A DNA stretch of 59,543 nt, taken from positions 1 through 59,543 of IMG/VR virus record IMGVR_UViG_3300003267_000070, one strand, 5' to 3'. Origin of the DNA: a virus. Lineage: Duplodnaviria; Caudoviricetes. Positions 1-9,718 of this stretch are shown here, in pieces (the first letter of the stretch is position 1; every line of letters starts with the position of its first letter). The translations under genes and the position numbers were made by a program. The notes below the pieces were generated by a model. That model worked only from the letters and a program-made list of their open reading frames with translations, was not told where the DNA came from and did not search any database.

Positions 1-94
1 ACCGCAGCCGCAACCGAGCCCGCGACCGGAGCCAGGGGATGAGCCAGTACCGACCGACCCGGGCGTCCCTGAAACTCCGGGTAAAGGTAAGTAG
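1..94 (+). CDS. 3' part of a 49-aa Pro-rich peptide that begins at 59488 and spans the junction
   Basis: Frame from base 2 reads PQPQPSPRPEPGDEPVPTDPGVPETPGKGK-TAG(92-94), in phase with ATG 59488. Confidence 0.7.
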   Translation, partial: PQPQPSPRPEPGDEPVPTDPGVPETPGKGK

Positions 95-98
95 GCCA

Positions 99-542
99 GT
101 GGCCCAAGTTCGCAATCTATGGCTGGTAACACAACGAAAGTCACTTGAGTCGATTGAGCCTTGGTATTGGTTACGATGGCTGCTACGACGATACTTTAAG
201 TGGCGTGGATTTGCCTGCCGTTCCCATTCGGGAGATTGCGATAAACAGTGCTACGCATCCATTGAATACCGAGGCGTATTTGACGATGAAGCAGAGGCTC
301 GTTGGGCGGCAAGTTGTGACGGTGGTGAGTATAAGCCGATTCCATTCAATGCCGCTTTACCTGAAGAGACGGTCAGCTATTTCGCGGGTGACGTTCCTTT
401 ATCGGAAGCCTCCGCATGGTATCGACGCGGGGTAGCATTACCCTTTGAAACTATCAGCCGCGCAGACCTGAAACGTTTGGAGCGTAAGATTGAAGATGTC
501 GTTGAATGCGCTCAGGGTCAATGTACGTCCAGGGTCGTATGA
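99..542 (+). CDS. Hypothetical protein with Cys cluster (CRSHSGDCDKQC)
   Basis: ORF 39..542; GTG at 99 lies 4 nt after the stop of the junction ORF, so it is the likelier start. Confidence 0.65.
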   Translation: MAQVRNLWLVTQRKSLESIEPWYWLRWLLRRYFKWRGFACRSHSGDCDKQCYASIEYRGVFDDEAEARWAASCDGGEYKPIPFNAALPEETVSYFAGDVPLSEASAWYRRGVALPFETISRADLKRLERKIEDVVECAQGQCTSRVV

Positions 543-545
543 AAC

Positions 546-1007
546 ATGCAGGAACACGCAACCGGCATCCCTCAATGGCTCCAACTTGCCCTCACCAGCC
601 TTGCATCGATTGTTGGAGCGCTAGGTATTGATAGACTCTACAACAATTGGCTGAACCGCAAGAAACCTGCCGCCGACATCCACGTCACCGAAGCTACCGC
701 AACTGAGATTACGGTTCGTTCTACAGCTAGCGCGGGCGATGCGGTGGTGCGATTTATGGATAGGCTGAACGTGGCGCAGGAAACGATTGACCGGCTGCGG
801 TCGGAGCGAGATGCGTGGCAGGATCAATACGACCAAGTGTTCGTGGACAGGGACCGCCTGCTGGTGGAGAACGCGAAGCTGCGAGGGGAGGTTGACCTGT
901 ACGAGAAGGAGATCAGGCGCATGGCGGCAACGTTACATCTGGAAGAAAAGAACTATGACAACACGCAGAATCAAGCGATCCAGAGAACCGATGACACCGA
1001 GTTGTGA
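546..1007 (+). CDS. N-terminal membrane segment + coiled-coil protein (holin/spanin-like candidate)
   Basis: Hydrophobic WLQLALTSLASIVGALGI then heptad-rich charged C-terminus; last gene of the rightward operon. Confidence 0.55.
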   Translation: MQEHATGIPQWLQLALTSLASIVGALGIDRLYNNWLNRKKPAADIHVTEATATEITVRSTASAGDAVVRFMDRLNVAQETIDRLRSERDAWQDQYDQVFVDRDRLLVENAKLRGEVDLYEKEIRRMAATLHLEEKNYDNTQNQAIQRTDDTEL

Positions 1008-1273
1008 CCCATGCTATTATCCCTCCTAACTTTCCTCTAGTTGTGTGATTGAGCGGCAGGACGGGTCGGGGTGCTGGGTAAGTCACTCTGGCCGTTTTGC
1101 TTTGCGGGTCTTCCGTCCTCGTAGTAATGGTAGTAGCTTGTCGTGTTCGCTTTCTATCTTACGTGTCACTGCGGCCTTCTTAAGTCCCGCCGTCATTCTC
1201 TTCCGCTTAACAGGATCAGACCGGGTAGGATTGATTTCCGGTAGTGTAGTTACGGTGCATGATGATTAACCTT

Positions 1274-1319
1274 AACACAAAGAACGGGAGACCCGCCTGT
1301 CGCCGCCAGCCTCCCGCCC
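1274..1319 (-). terminator. Probable intrinsic terminator near the end of the leftward early operon
   Basis: Minus strand GGGCGGGAGGCT...GGTCTCCCGTTC stem (G-U pairs only valid on minus strand) followed by TTTGTGTT. Confidence 0.55.
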
Positions 1320-1379
1320 CTTGGTTCTCTCCAATTCCAGTTTACTTACATCATCCTCCTTTCGATTTGATACGTGGAG

Positions 1380-1508
1380 CTAAACTCCCAGAAATTTATC
1401 CACCTCGTACTTTACCTGCGACCAAGCAAGCTGGAGCCGGTATTCCAGCTCCATGCGCGGGTCCGTCAGGCATTGCCATATGTAGTTAAGAGTAGTGGAA
1501 GTCGTCAC
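1380..1508 (-). CDS. 42-aa hypothetical protein (not in ORF track)
   Basis: AAAGGAG SD then GTG; MTTSTTLNYIWQCLTDPRMELEYRLQLAWSQVKYEVDKFLGV. Confidence 0.55.
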   Translation of the reverse strand: MTTSTTLNYIWQCLTDPRMELEYRLQLAWSQVKYEVDKFLGV

Positions 1509-1541
1509 AGTCTCCTTTCAGGCTTGTCGTAATTACCATCG

Positions 1542-1760
1542 TCAGTTATTGGAACGATCCCCGGCTTGTTTATCGTCACCGCGAGAGAACCCATCACCCC
1601 CGCACGCTCGACAGCGACGATACATGAACAGTAGTTCGTTGCCCGTGCCGCTACAGCGAGTGCAGCGCCGGTTCACCGGGATCAGGCTGCGTCCCTCATT
1701 GTCGCGGATAACCCTAGGGTCTTTAAGCGGGTCGATAATGATGATTTCCTTTATAGTCAC
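1542..1760 (-). CDS. Small DnaJ-type zinc finger protein
   Basis: Two CxxCxGxG motifs (CTRCSGTG, CRACGGDG). Confidence 0.65.
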   Translation of the reverse strand: MTIKEIIIIDPLKDPRVIRDNEGRSLIPVNRRCTRCSGTGNELLFMYRRCRACGGDGFSRGDDKQAGDRSNN

Positions 1761-1761
1761 G

Positions 1762-2124
1762 TCAACCTCGTCTCCTGCGCCCGCCCCTTCCCGCGTTGAC
1801 GCAAATCGGCTTGAACCCGTTCACGGCCTCGCGTTCAAACCCGCCTAGCTCGGTGGTGTCAACCAGACAGACGCGGCGACGACGTGCGTCAACGGCGATG
1901 TCAACGGTTGAGACACCGGGCTTTAGATCCTTCAGCGCCTCGGCCCAGGGGGTGAAGGGTCGTCCACCCACGCGCAGCGTCAACTCCCTTGTTCCTGCTA
2001 CTTCAACGCACTGAAGCACATTGCCGACTTCCAGTGTACAGGATAGACGAACCGCGCTGTAGGCTGGTCCCTGAATGGTCAAAGTGTTGAGTATCAGCGT
2101 AATAGATACAATCAGCGTTAACAT
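1762..2124 (-). CDS. Hypothetical protein with hydrophobic N-terminus
   Basis: GGAGG SD; MLTLIVSITLILNTLTI signal/TM-like start. Confidence 0.55.
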   Translation of the reverse strand: MLTLIVSITLILNTLTIQGPAYSAVRLSCTLEVGNVLQCVEVAGTRELTLRVGGRPFTPWAEALKDLKPGVSTVDIAVDARRRRVCLVDTTELGGFEREAVNGFKPICVNAGRGGRRRRG

Positions 2125-3019
2125 TTCACCTCCACTTCAGGCCACTTCTTACCACATTGGGTACACGCGTGGTTCTCGGCGTCGGCGCTGGTCTGAGATG
2201 CGCCACATTGTTGACAGTAACCGTAGTCCTCACAACCGGCGCAGTTCTCGTCGAATGAAACACCATGCTCACACGCGTAGTCTGGTCCATTGGATATATC
2301 TACCACCACACCCTCCGTTCAATCGCTCGCAGCACCCGTCGCCACAATGGTCTACGCTTGGGCCTGTCAGCAAACTGAATCCATGAAGGATTGCGCTGCA
2401 CGGGACTATAGATCTCATTGCCAATTGTCCCCTCCGCCGACTTACCCAGCAGGCGCTCGTACTCGTTGGCGTAGCGGCACATAAAGCACGGGCCACCGTT
2501 AGCGCCGCGATTACAGGTATGGGAATCGTGGATTGTGGTCACGGGTACTTCTCGATCCGATCGGCAATGAACACAAAGGACTTCCCCCTACTCTCCGAGA
2601 CTGTGCGTGCTCAACCGGAAACACCTGCGACCTTTCGTAGTAGTACAACGTCGCCGTCTTGTAACAACTTAGATCGTCAGGCGTCTCGGTAGTAATCACC
2701 ATCCCACTGAACTCGCTGTCGGTAATCTCGTTATGGTCCATCCAGTCGGCCACGGTGCGTAGTAGCTCAGTCGTCAGGTTCCCGCGACTGTCGTTTAACC
2801 GCGTGTTAAAGTAGTGAGCCTTGACGCCGACAAGGTTGTAGTTGATTGCGTTAGTTGTCATCGCTTGAACCTCAAGTGCAACCACTGCGCCGTCGTCGGC
2901 GGCTCAATCAGCCACCGGTAGCAGGTGTTACACAACCCGCTGCCGTCGTCGCGGTCCAAGGGTTCGTCACAATGGGAGCAGAGACGCCGGGATTTTTGTT
3001 GGTGGTTGGCAATAATTAT
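2118..3019 (-). other. Run of short overlapping leftward hypothetical ORFs (2118..2309, 2300..2542, 2511..~2860), several Cys-rich
   Basis: Tightly packed minus-strand ORFs with CxxC pairs, typical of phage early regions. Confidence 0.5.
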
Positions 3020-3294
3020 ACCAGCCTCTCGAATACGTGGAACACCAGTTGTTCATTTGCAAGTTGATACGTGCCGATGTACACGCGCCGGACTCCCGTT
3101 TCGCGGCTAATAGGATGACCCGTACCAAATACCTCAATAGTTCGTGGTTCCAGCTTAGCTTCCGAGTCAACTAGTATCCACAAACACGGACCGATGGCCT
3201 GCTGGACCTGAATGCACAGAATCTTGCCATCGCGGGGAACATTGATAACTTGCGTATCGGCGGTGTCTATTGAGAATTTCCAAATTGTTAGCAT
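3016..3294 (-). CDS. Conserved phage hypothetical protein (DUF7352-like)
   Basis: IWKF...VP..GKIL..QVQ....CLW.LVD...FGTGH...YIGTYQ....LVFHVFE pattern; GGAGG SD. Confidence 0.7.
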   Translation of the reverse strand: MLTIWKFSIDTADTQVINVPRDGKILCIQVQQAIGPCLWILVDSEAKLEPRTIEVFGTGHPISRETGVRRVYIGTYQLANEQLVFHVFERLV

Positions 3295-3566
3295 CGTTCA
3301 CCTCCATCCATGCGGCGGTGGGTCACGTTATTGGCATGTACTCCGCGCACTTGTGAACAATCCCGTAATCGTCAACCAGCCGCCAGCCTCTCTCGGTCTT
3401 GCCCCAGTAGAACGGTCCACCCAAACAGCGATAACAACCAATTGGTACACATGACGACACTTCAACACGCTCACGAGACGGCGCTACGGCTGGTGCCGTT
3501 AAATGGTGTAAACAGTCGCAGTAAGCATGATCACCGCCGACCAGGGAGTTAATAACGCATCCAGTG

Positions 3567-3782
3567 TCACACATTGCCCCACCTTACATTTGCCGCGTGT
3601 CTCGCGATCTCGACCCGCCGCTTCTTACTAAGCTTCTTAGCTCGTGCGCGTCCTCCCGCCGCAGCTTCTTTCAGTAGCGCCTCAAGGCCATCAGCCACGG
3701 CGGTTAGCTCTTTGCGAAACCTTGGGTCGCTTTCAGTTCGCAGTTTGTTGATTTGCTCCAGTGTCTTCTTCCTGCTATTCAT
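3567..3782 (-). CDS. Small basic protein with GGxARAKKLS...RRxEIARxAAxxRW motif (putative nucleic-acid binding), leaderless
   Basis: Motif GGRARAKKLSKKRRVEIARHAANVRW; ATG 3782 lies 8 nt after a -10 box. Confidence 0.7.
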   Translation of the reverse strand: MNSRKKTLEQINKLRTESDPRFRKELTAVADGLEALLKEAAAGGRARAKKLSKKRRVEIARHAANVRWGNV

Positions 3783-3783
3783 A

Positions 3784-3819
3784 CTAAGCAAGCATAGCTT
3801 AGTTAGCAAGCATTGTCAA
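3784..3819 (-). promoter_or_regulatory. Sigma70-type promoter with overlapping operator-like repeats
   Basis: TTGACA(3819-3814)-17-TATGCT(3796-3791); AGCAAGCAT direct repeat at 3787 and 3805; CTAAGC/GCTTAG inverted repeat. Confidence 0.8.
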
Positions 3820-4181
3820 CCACTAAACAACAACTAAAACACTTAATCCACCCGCCCTCGACGGTAGGCAGCCAGCCACTCTCGCACCGCATCGGACAGG
3901 GAAGCGGATTGAACAGCCGATGCTCCGGCGCTTCGTGCGGCATGGTGTCGGACCACGGGAAAGGTTCAGGATATGGGTCATGTACGGTCTCAGTCGTAAT
4001 GTTCATCGTCACCCTCCTTCTGTCCTAGCCGCAAACCCGCACTGCAACCGTCTGCCAGTACGCCAGTCGCTTGCGTAAGATTGGCGCGCAGTCAACGACC
4101 ATGCCATTCTCGACGACGAAACCAGCGCAAAGATAACTGGTAGTTACTCGATACAGTCCATCACGTATTGTCGCCATCGTC

Positions 4182-4583
4182 TCAATCTCCCACGCCTGCA
4201 CCGGAAGCCGTAGCCGTCTCAGGCGACACAAACTCGTGATACCCCGGTTCCGTGGACTTATGGTGTACATTAGCGTCCGGTCCCTGCCCGCACTCCATCA
4301 GACCGCCATTGTCATCAACCAGAGCTACGCAAGCGTCCGCTGCCGGTCGCTGGTGTCTCTCGCTTAACTGTTGGGCTATTGCCGAAGCCCGCGCCGACTT
4401 GCCGGCCTTCTTCCCCGCTCGCTTGCGTCGTTGGGGCTTGGGTTGCTGTGCGGGTTGTAACTGGGCCAGGTGCAGGAATAGTTCACGTTCGTCAGGTTCA
4501 AGTTCACCGACCTGCTTAACTAGCCCGTTCACCCTGTCCCATTGTTCCAGTATCTTACTAGTTCTAGTTGTCGCGTTGCCCAT
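4182..4583 (-). CDS. Hypothetical protein with basic linker and C..CGQxxDAxVH metal-binding-like module
   Basis: ORF track; motif shared with 20401..20847. Confidence 0.6.
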   Translation of the reverse strand: MGNATTRTSKILEQWDRVNGLVKQVGELEPDERELFLHLAQLQPAQQPKPQRRKRAGKKAGKSARASAIAQQLSERHQRPAADACVALVDDNGGLMECGQGPDANVHHKSTEPGYHEFVSPETATASGAGVGD

Positions 4584-4793
4584 CGTTATCGTCCCTTCTC
4601 ACCAGTTGCGACTGTTGTGGTTGCTGGCGTTTACTGAGCCATAGTAGGAACTTCGAGAATCGCATTGATTCTAGTAACTGCTCGTCTTTAGGTAACACTT
4701 CATCTATATAGTCGGTCATCGACTCGCGTAGTTCATCGAGATTGATTGCAATGCCGAGGCGTGGAGTGGGGGTCATGGCTAGTCGGCGTCTTC

Positions 4794-4837
4794 TATTAAT
4801 AAGACCATGCCACCTTTTATTAATAAGACCATGCCAC
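4794..4837. repeat. Tandem duplication, 20-nt exact unit with 24-nt period
   Basis: TATTAATAAGACCATGCCAC at 4794 and 4818; encodes GMVLLI twice in ORF 4779..4982(-). Confidence 0.9.
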
Positions 4838-4971
4838 AGTCCTGACACTGCTTACGGTCACAGCAACCTAGGTAGCACATTCCGTCACCGAAATCCTCCA
4901 AGTGATCGTGCGGGCAGTTAAGTTGCCTGTCTAACGCCATCTCGAAACGACTAGGTTCATTAGTTGCTGTT

Positions 4972-5481
4972 TTATCGGCCATCCCGCCACCTCCAACGTT
5001 GCATCTTCTGCCTTGGCTGCGACCAGTCGTAGTGACATAGAATTAGATCCTTGGGATACGGCGTCGTAACCAGGTTGCCGTCCTTACCGAAACAGTTATC
5101 AAACACCATCCTGCCTACCGAGTAGACGTTGCTGTACGGTTCCGCATAGTCCCAGTACCAGTTTGCGCCGATACTGCCGGGAACTAAGAGCAGTCCGCGC
5201 CAGCCCGCGAGAGATTCATCAGCGCACTTATGAGCCCACGGAGCGATGTTGCCGTATTCACAGTTGAGCCACGATAACCCCAAAAACTCGTGCCACTTAA
5301 AACTGAATGAATCCTGCTCAGGTGTAATAAACTCTGAAGCCTTCGCGCCTTGCGGACCACTGGCAGCAAGATCAATAGTAAGTGGTCCAAACTTCTTCTC
5401 GACGGCGCGGATAAACTCCCACGGTGTCCAGATGTCGCCGCTGGACTTGCCGCGCCGGATCGTTGGTCCCGTTGCTACCAT
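4972..5481 (-). CDS. Phage N6-adenine DNA methyltransferase (phage Dam family)
   Basis: W.TP.EF...F....IDLAAS....KA..F.T.EQDS...W......WLNCEYG.I.PW pattern; catalytic NPPY appears as NCEY. Confidence 0.75.
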   Translation of the reverse strand: MVATGPTIRRGKSSGDIWTPWEFIRAVEKKFGPLTIDLAASGPQGAKASEFITPEQDSFSFKWHEFLGLSWLNCEYGNIAPWAHKCADESLAGWRGLLLVPGSIGANWYWDYAEPYSNVYSVGRMVFDNCFGKDGNLVTTPYPKDLILCHYDWSQPRQKMQRWRWRDGR

Positions 5482-5497
5482 ATCGTCGCCATGTTGA

Positions 5498-5749
5498 TTA
5501 CGTTTTCCTGCTGATGTAAACAGTTAACCTTCGACGTTTAGCCCAAAAGTTTTTGTTCTTTGCATTCTGAGTTAGTCGAAAAGCGATACGCGGCGTTAGT
5601 ACGGTAACCGGGAGCCACTCTCCGGCTGGTAGCGCTCTTACTTTCTCCCATACTGCCTTATACTTACCTGTCCCGTTGCGCTCATAATCGGGAATCTGTT
5701 CACGTTTAATAGCATCCCCAATCTTAAACTCAAGCTCCTCGTCACTCAT
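5498..5749 (-). CDS. Small basic hypothetical protein (possible DNA-binding)
   Basis: ORF track; basic composition; packed in operon. Confidence 0.55.
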   Translation of the reverse strand: MSDEELEFKIGDAIKREQIPDYERNGTGKYKAVWEKVRALPAGEWLPVTVLTPRIAFRLTQNAKNKNFWAKRRRLTVYISRKT

Positions 5750-5880
5750 CGCCGCTGCTCCAGTTGTTCGATCCGTTGGCGCAAGTCGCTTATAGCCCTA
5801 CCCTGCGAAACAACTGAGACACCTAAGCAGATTATCGCTAACGCTACGCAGATACGTGCTATAAATTCCAGTGTACTCAC
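5746..5880 (-). CDS. 44-aa TM + short coiled-coil microprotein (not in ORF track)
   Basis: MSTLEFIARICVALAIICLGVSVVSQGRAISDLRQRIEQLEQRR; ATGA overlap with next gene. Confidence 0.6.
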   Translation of the reverse strand: MSTLEFIARICVALAIICLGVSVVSQGRAISDLRQRIEQLEQRR

Positions 5881-6007
5881 CTCATCCGCTCCTTCGTCAA
5901 ATCAGGTCCATCGCCACACGCGCACCTGGTTGCTCCGTCGTAGTAGCGATGTATCGGACTCAGCGGTCCACGGTTCACGCACGCAATCACCGCCTCCGGT
6001 ACCTCGC

Positions 6008-7498
6008 TCACGGCTCCATTAATATCCCACCGACCGTAAACCCCTTCATCGTCGTACGTGTGAACAATCGTTCCGGTACTTTCCATGATTCCAGGGCTGA
6101 TACCTCCAGCACCCCCGCCATCCACCTCGCCTCCTTCACTGCCACTGGGTAGGGAAAACCTTCGATCTCAGCCACCACTACCAGCCCTGCCGCCAGTGCT
6201 TTACGAATCAGCGACGGCCCAAATTTCATTCCCGCATGTTTCTCGGGCCACGACGGCTCCCCGTGCTGCGTCCCGCGTCGATAGTCGAATTCCAGTGACG
6301 GAGCGACTGCACCGGCTTCGTCCAAGTCGGTAGGAGACTGGCGCACGATGCGATAGGGCTTGTTAGTCACTGATCTCCCCACCGCAGAAACAACAAAATT
6401 TGCAGTTGTCTTCGTATGAATACACCCGCCGTCCGCAACCAGTGACGTAGCAGTTATCGCCGACCATAAACTTCCACGTACAGGATTGGCTTTGCGTGTA
6501 TTCCATCGCCGCGTCCCAGCCGTGGCGTACCGCTTCCTTTACAACGTCGGCGGGGATATAAGTGTCCACCTTCAGCCCGCAACCTTCGCTGTCGATGTCG
6601 CACTCCGCTTCGAAGCGGTCGTCATAGCGATACGTCTCCACCGCCCGTTCCCGCGCATGGGCCAGTTGCTCGTTGTCGGTTGGTTGGGCGGTGGTCATTG
6701 TGACGTGTCCCATCCTTCCAGCCCTACGTCCATACACTGTTGAATTGACGCAAACTCACCTTCTGTTTCCACGTAGGTGAACAACGGATGCTCTACGGGG
6801 CTGTCCCATGAAGCTATTGCATCTTTAGCCTGCGAGATACTCTCAAAAGTCCACGCTGAGTCCTGTCCAGCCGGATCGAGCTTAGACCAGAAACCGAACC
6901 CCAAAGCGGACCCTAGATAGATACCCATTTGCTTATGATGTAGGATTACCCTTTGAGCCATGCCCGCCCTCCTTCCTCACCTGCGCGCATCCCTGACACT
7001 CCCCTTCACTACTAATCCACTCAACCCTGATCCACTGCGGCGTATTGATCCGCGCCTTGATCGGCTGCTTGCAAGTGACGCAAAGGAGTAGGATATCGGT
7101 CAGGTAGACGTCGTCGTCTGTCGCTCCTGTCATCATCGCCATCACCCCCATCAAACAACCCCATCTGCGTCGTGTGCGGGCAAGTAAACCCGTAAGCATA
7201 CTTGCCAATCCTGACCACTCGCGTTCCGGTGTTAAAGCACGATGGGCAGACTGTGATAAGATCCTTAATTGAAACCATTGATAAACTCTCGCATCTCCTC
7301 TGGCGTGTTCAAGTTGCCTGATGCGCGCAGTTGAAACATGAGCGGCACCGTTTGTATAGCGTGATGGCGCGTTTCATCATGCTTTCCGAGATCTGAAGCC
7401 ATTGACGCCATTGCGTCATCAATACTGAAGTACGGGCCGGGATTCAGGTATTCAAGCGCCCGCTGTTTACACCATGATAAGTGTTCTGCTCGTGTCAT
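6008..7498 (-). other. Run of leftward hypothetical ORFs (6008..6382, 6363..~6698, 6695..6961, 6933..~7140, 7265..7498)
   Basis: Contiguous overlapping minus-strand ORFs with protein-like composition. Confidence 0.55.
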
Positions 7499-7502
7499 TT
7501 GA

Positions 7503-8072
7503 TTATTCCTCCACGCCTATGTCAATCGTCTCGTCTAGTTCAGGTATGGGTTGGTCAGGATACTTAACCTCCCAACTCCAAACCCACGTCCGCTCCCCAA
7601 TGCCATCATCGTACCGTCGTCTCAGCCGCAAATCGGCCACCCTCGCATCGTTGGTCCACCAACAGGCAATCGTACCCGCGTCCAGTATCGCTCTGGCAAC
7701 CTTATCAATGTCTCTGCCGGCGGCGGGAACAAGGGGAGCGTTCGGTTTCAGCTCTCCGTTGGTCCGGTAGTGCGCCTGCGGACGAGGGACGTAGATTAGG
7801 ACGCTAACGGCAACGGGCGTATCCAGCGCCCTCGGCGGCTTCGTCCGCTGCATGGCATCCACGATCTCCTGTCGCCATGACTTGAGGGCACGGTCATTGC
7901 TATCGACAATCACCACCCGTTTTAAGTGCGGGTGAACATACCCGTTCTTACTTCCCTGCGTCTGCGCCTTGCCCCACACGCAGGCCGAGCCTAGCCACGG
8001 ACGCGAGGCAGGCTCAACCTCTCGCCTGTTTGGGCCGTCCCAGTCGTCAGAGGTGTCAAACAAGGTGCTCAC
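7503..8072 (-). CDS. rusA: RusA-family Holliday junction resolvase
   Basis: G.A.TQGSK, W...I, Y.PRP, DIDKVARAILDA, NDARV catalytic pattern. Confidence 0.85.
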   Translation of the reverse strand: MSTLFDTSDDWDGPNRREVEPASRPWLGSACVWGKAQTQGSKNGYVHPHLKRVVIVDSNDRALKSWRQEIVDAMQRTKPPRALDTPVAVSVLIYVPRPQAHYRTNGELKPNAPLVPAAGRDIDKVARAILDAGTIACWWTNDARVADLRLRRRYDDGIGERTWVWSWEVKYPDQPIPELDETIDIGVEE

Positions 8073-8784
8073 GAGTTATTCTTTTCCGCGCAGGTCGTCT
8101 ATTATTGGCTTGCTCTTTTCGCGTTGCCCATCTAAGGTTCCCAGGCTCGTAATGACCATTGTTATTAATTCGGTCGATGCTGTAGGTACTGCTTGGGCGT
8201 CGTCCTAAGACCCTTACAATATAATCTCGGAAAGCGATAAAGGATTTTCTCCAAGGGTCGTGCATTTGGATACCGCGCCCGCCGTAGTCTTTAAATGATC
8301 TATCTTTAGGATTACCTGTTCGCTGAATAATTCCCGCCCAAATATTGTATTCAGTAGTCCAGTTTCCTTTAATTGACTCGCCGTGAACGAAATGATTTCC
8401 TATGCCAAAGCAACCACAAGACCGAGTGTTACCAGACCGAAGATTACCCGTGGGTACAATCGTGACATTTCCACAGTCACAAACGCACAACCAAGTGCGT
8501 TGCATTCCATATTTTGTTTGCTGGCTACCAGCTGGTCCATATACTTTTAAGAAACCAAATTGTGTTCCTTTGACTATTTCCGTGCGACCTTTTATGCATC
8601 CACATGACTTACTAGTTCCCTTACGAAGGCAAAAATCAACAACTGGCTTTTTGGTTCCACACGCACAGCGACAGAGCCACACCCGACGTAGCTGTGTCCC
8701 GCTTCTTTGCGAGGGCAGAGCGTCTACAACTTCCCATAGTCCGTACTTGCCTCCAACGTGAACCTTTCTTGTCGGTGCTCCCAT
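8056..8784 (-). CDS. HNH-type homing endonuclease with two Cys-rich N-terminal repeats
   Basis: Two WLCxCxCG...L..G...SCGC repeats; YGGRGI; SIDRINNNGHYEPGNLRWAT.KEQANNRR. Confidence 0.85.
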   Translation of the reverse strand: MGAPTRKVHVGGKYGLWEVVDALPSQRSGTQLRRVWLCRCACGTKKPVVDFCLRKGTSKSCGCIKGRTEIVKGTQFGFLKVYGPAGSQQTKYGMQRTWLCVCDCGNVTIVPTGNLRSGNTRSCGCFGIGNHFVHGESIKGNWTTEYNIWAGIIQRTGNPKDRSFKDYGGRGIQMHDPWRKSFIAFRDYIVRVLGRRPSSTYSIDRINNNGHYEPGNLRWATRKEQANNRRPARKRITREHLV

Positions 8785-9179
8785 TCGGACTTTAATACCT
8801 CTGTTAGTGTCACTTCAACCCTTGAATTGGAACTGTTAACGGAATCCATCATCCCTAGCTTAAAGAACGAATCATCAATTCCGATCTTCTTACTAATCAA
8901 GTCAAATAATAACTTATCCTTATTTGATACGTCAACCTTTTTCCAACTCCCATTCTTGCAAAACCACGGATAGTAGTAACAGCGATCCACGCGAATGATG
9001 GAATCCTTCTGTAACTTGCGCGGCAACGTCAACACATGCGGCGTCATTTGCGTAGACCAAATCAGCCATTCGTCTTTTAACCCCCACTGAGGCTGACTGG
9101 AGTACAGGGTGCGTCGTGGTCCATAGATTCGGTTCACGCTACCCGGAAGGGAAGGCAGGATAAACGAGACGTTATTCAC
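8724..9179 (-). CDS. Second RusA-like resolvase
   Basis: LP.SVN.IY start and DVSNKDKLLFDLI...GIDDS motif; GTG 9179 with G-rich SD. Confidence 0.7.
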   Translation of the reverse strand: MNNVSFILPSLPGSVNRIYGPRRTLYSSQPQWGLKDEWLIWSTQMTPHVLTLPRKLQKDSIIRVDRCYYYPWFCKNGSWKKVDVSNKDKLLFDLISKKIGIDDSFFKLGMMDSVNSSNSRVEVTLTEVLKSEWEHRQERFTLEASTDYGKL

Positions 9180-9337
9180 CCTGCCCCCTCCCTCGATGTC
9201 ACCGCCCCCTGATGACATCGCTTAGCCCTGAGTACTCCTTTGCCCGATATTTAACACGCCCATGCGGGTCGGAGTTAAACCAAGACAGAGCGACTGTTGA
9301 TGGTCCGGAGTACTCAAGTTTAAGACTCCTTAACTCG

Positions 9338-9571
9338 CTAATCTTTCCCAAAGAACTCATCCTGACAATTTTGACAAAGACCGCTGATAGAGAATTCCTT
9401 AACTGAGATAGCGTTGCGAAACTGGCTCGCGGGCTTACCGCAGCCTATCGGCGGCGGTACGCATATGTCTTGCCGTATTAAGTCCCGACGATCACGGCCG
9501 AAGATATCCTTGATAGTAGTTTCCATTTCTTCAGATTTTACGGATGGTTTCATGTTCTCCTCCTTTAGCAA
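9338..9571 (-). CDS. Conserved phage hypothetical protein (Cys-rich)
   Basis: C....GCG....FRNAIS.KEF.ISGLCQ.CQD.FF. Confidence 0.6.
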   Translation of the reverse strand: MLKEENMKPSVKSEEMETTIKDIFGRDRRDLIRQDICVPPPIGCGKPASQFRNAISVKEFSISGLCQNCQDEFFGKD

Positions 9572-9718
9572 CAGGAGGCCAGCCGCCGAACGGGTGCTTA
9601 TCCATCAGGAGGGCTGTTGAAACACCGTCCCTTGACTTCGCTGTAAACAACCACAGCGCACCTGCAACGGCTGGCCCCTTGTATCCCCATCTTCACCACC
9701 GGCGGGAATATCAATACC

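Noticed and set aside
39-98. ATG 39 as start of ORF 39..542
   Set aside because: Overlaps the junction-spanning peptide gene; GTG 99 fits operon packing better
4794-4837. CRISPR mini-array
   Set aside because: Only two copies separated by 4 nt; no spacer-length gap and no cas operon (the Cas4-like gene belongs to the recombination module)
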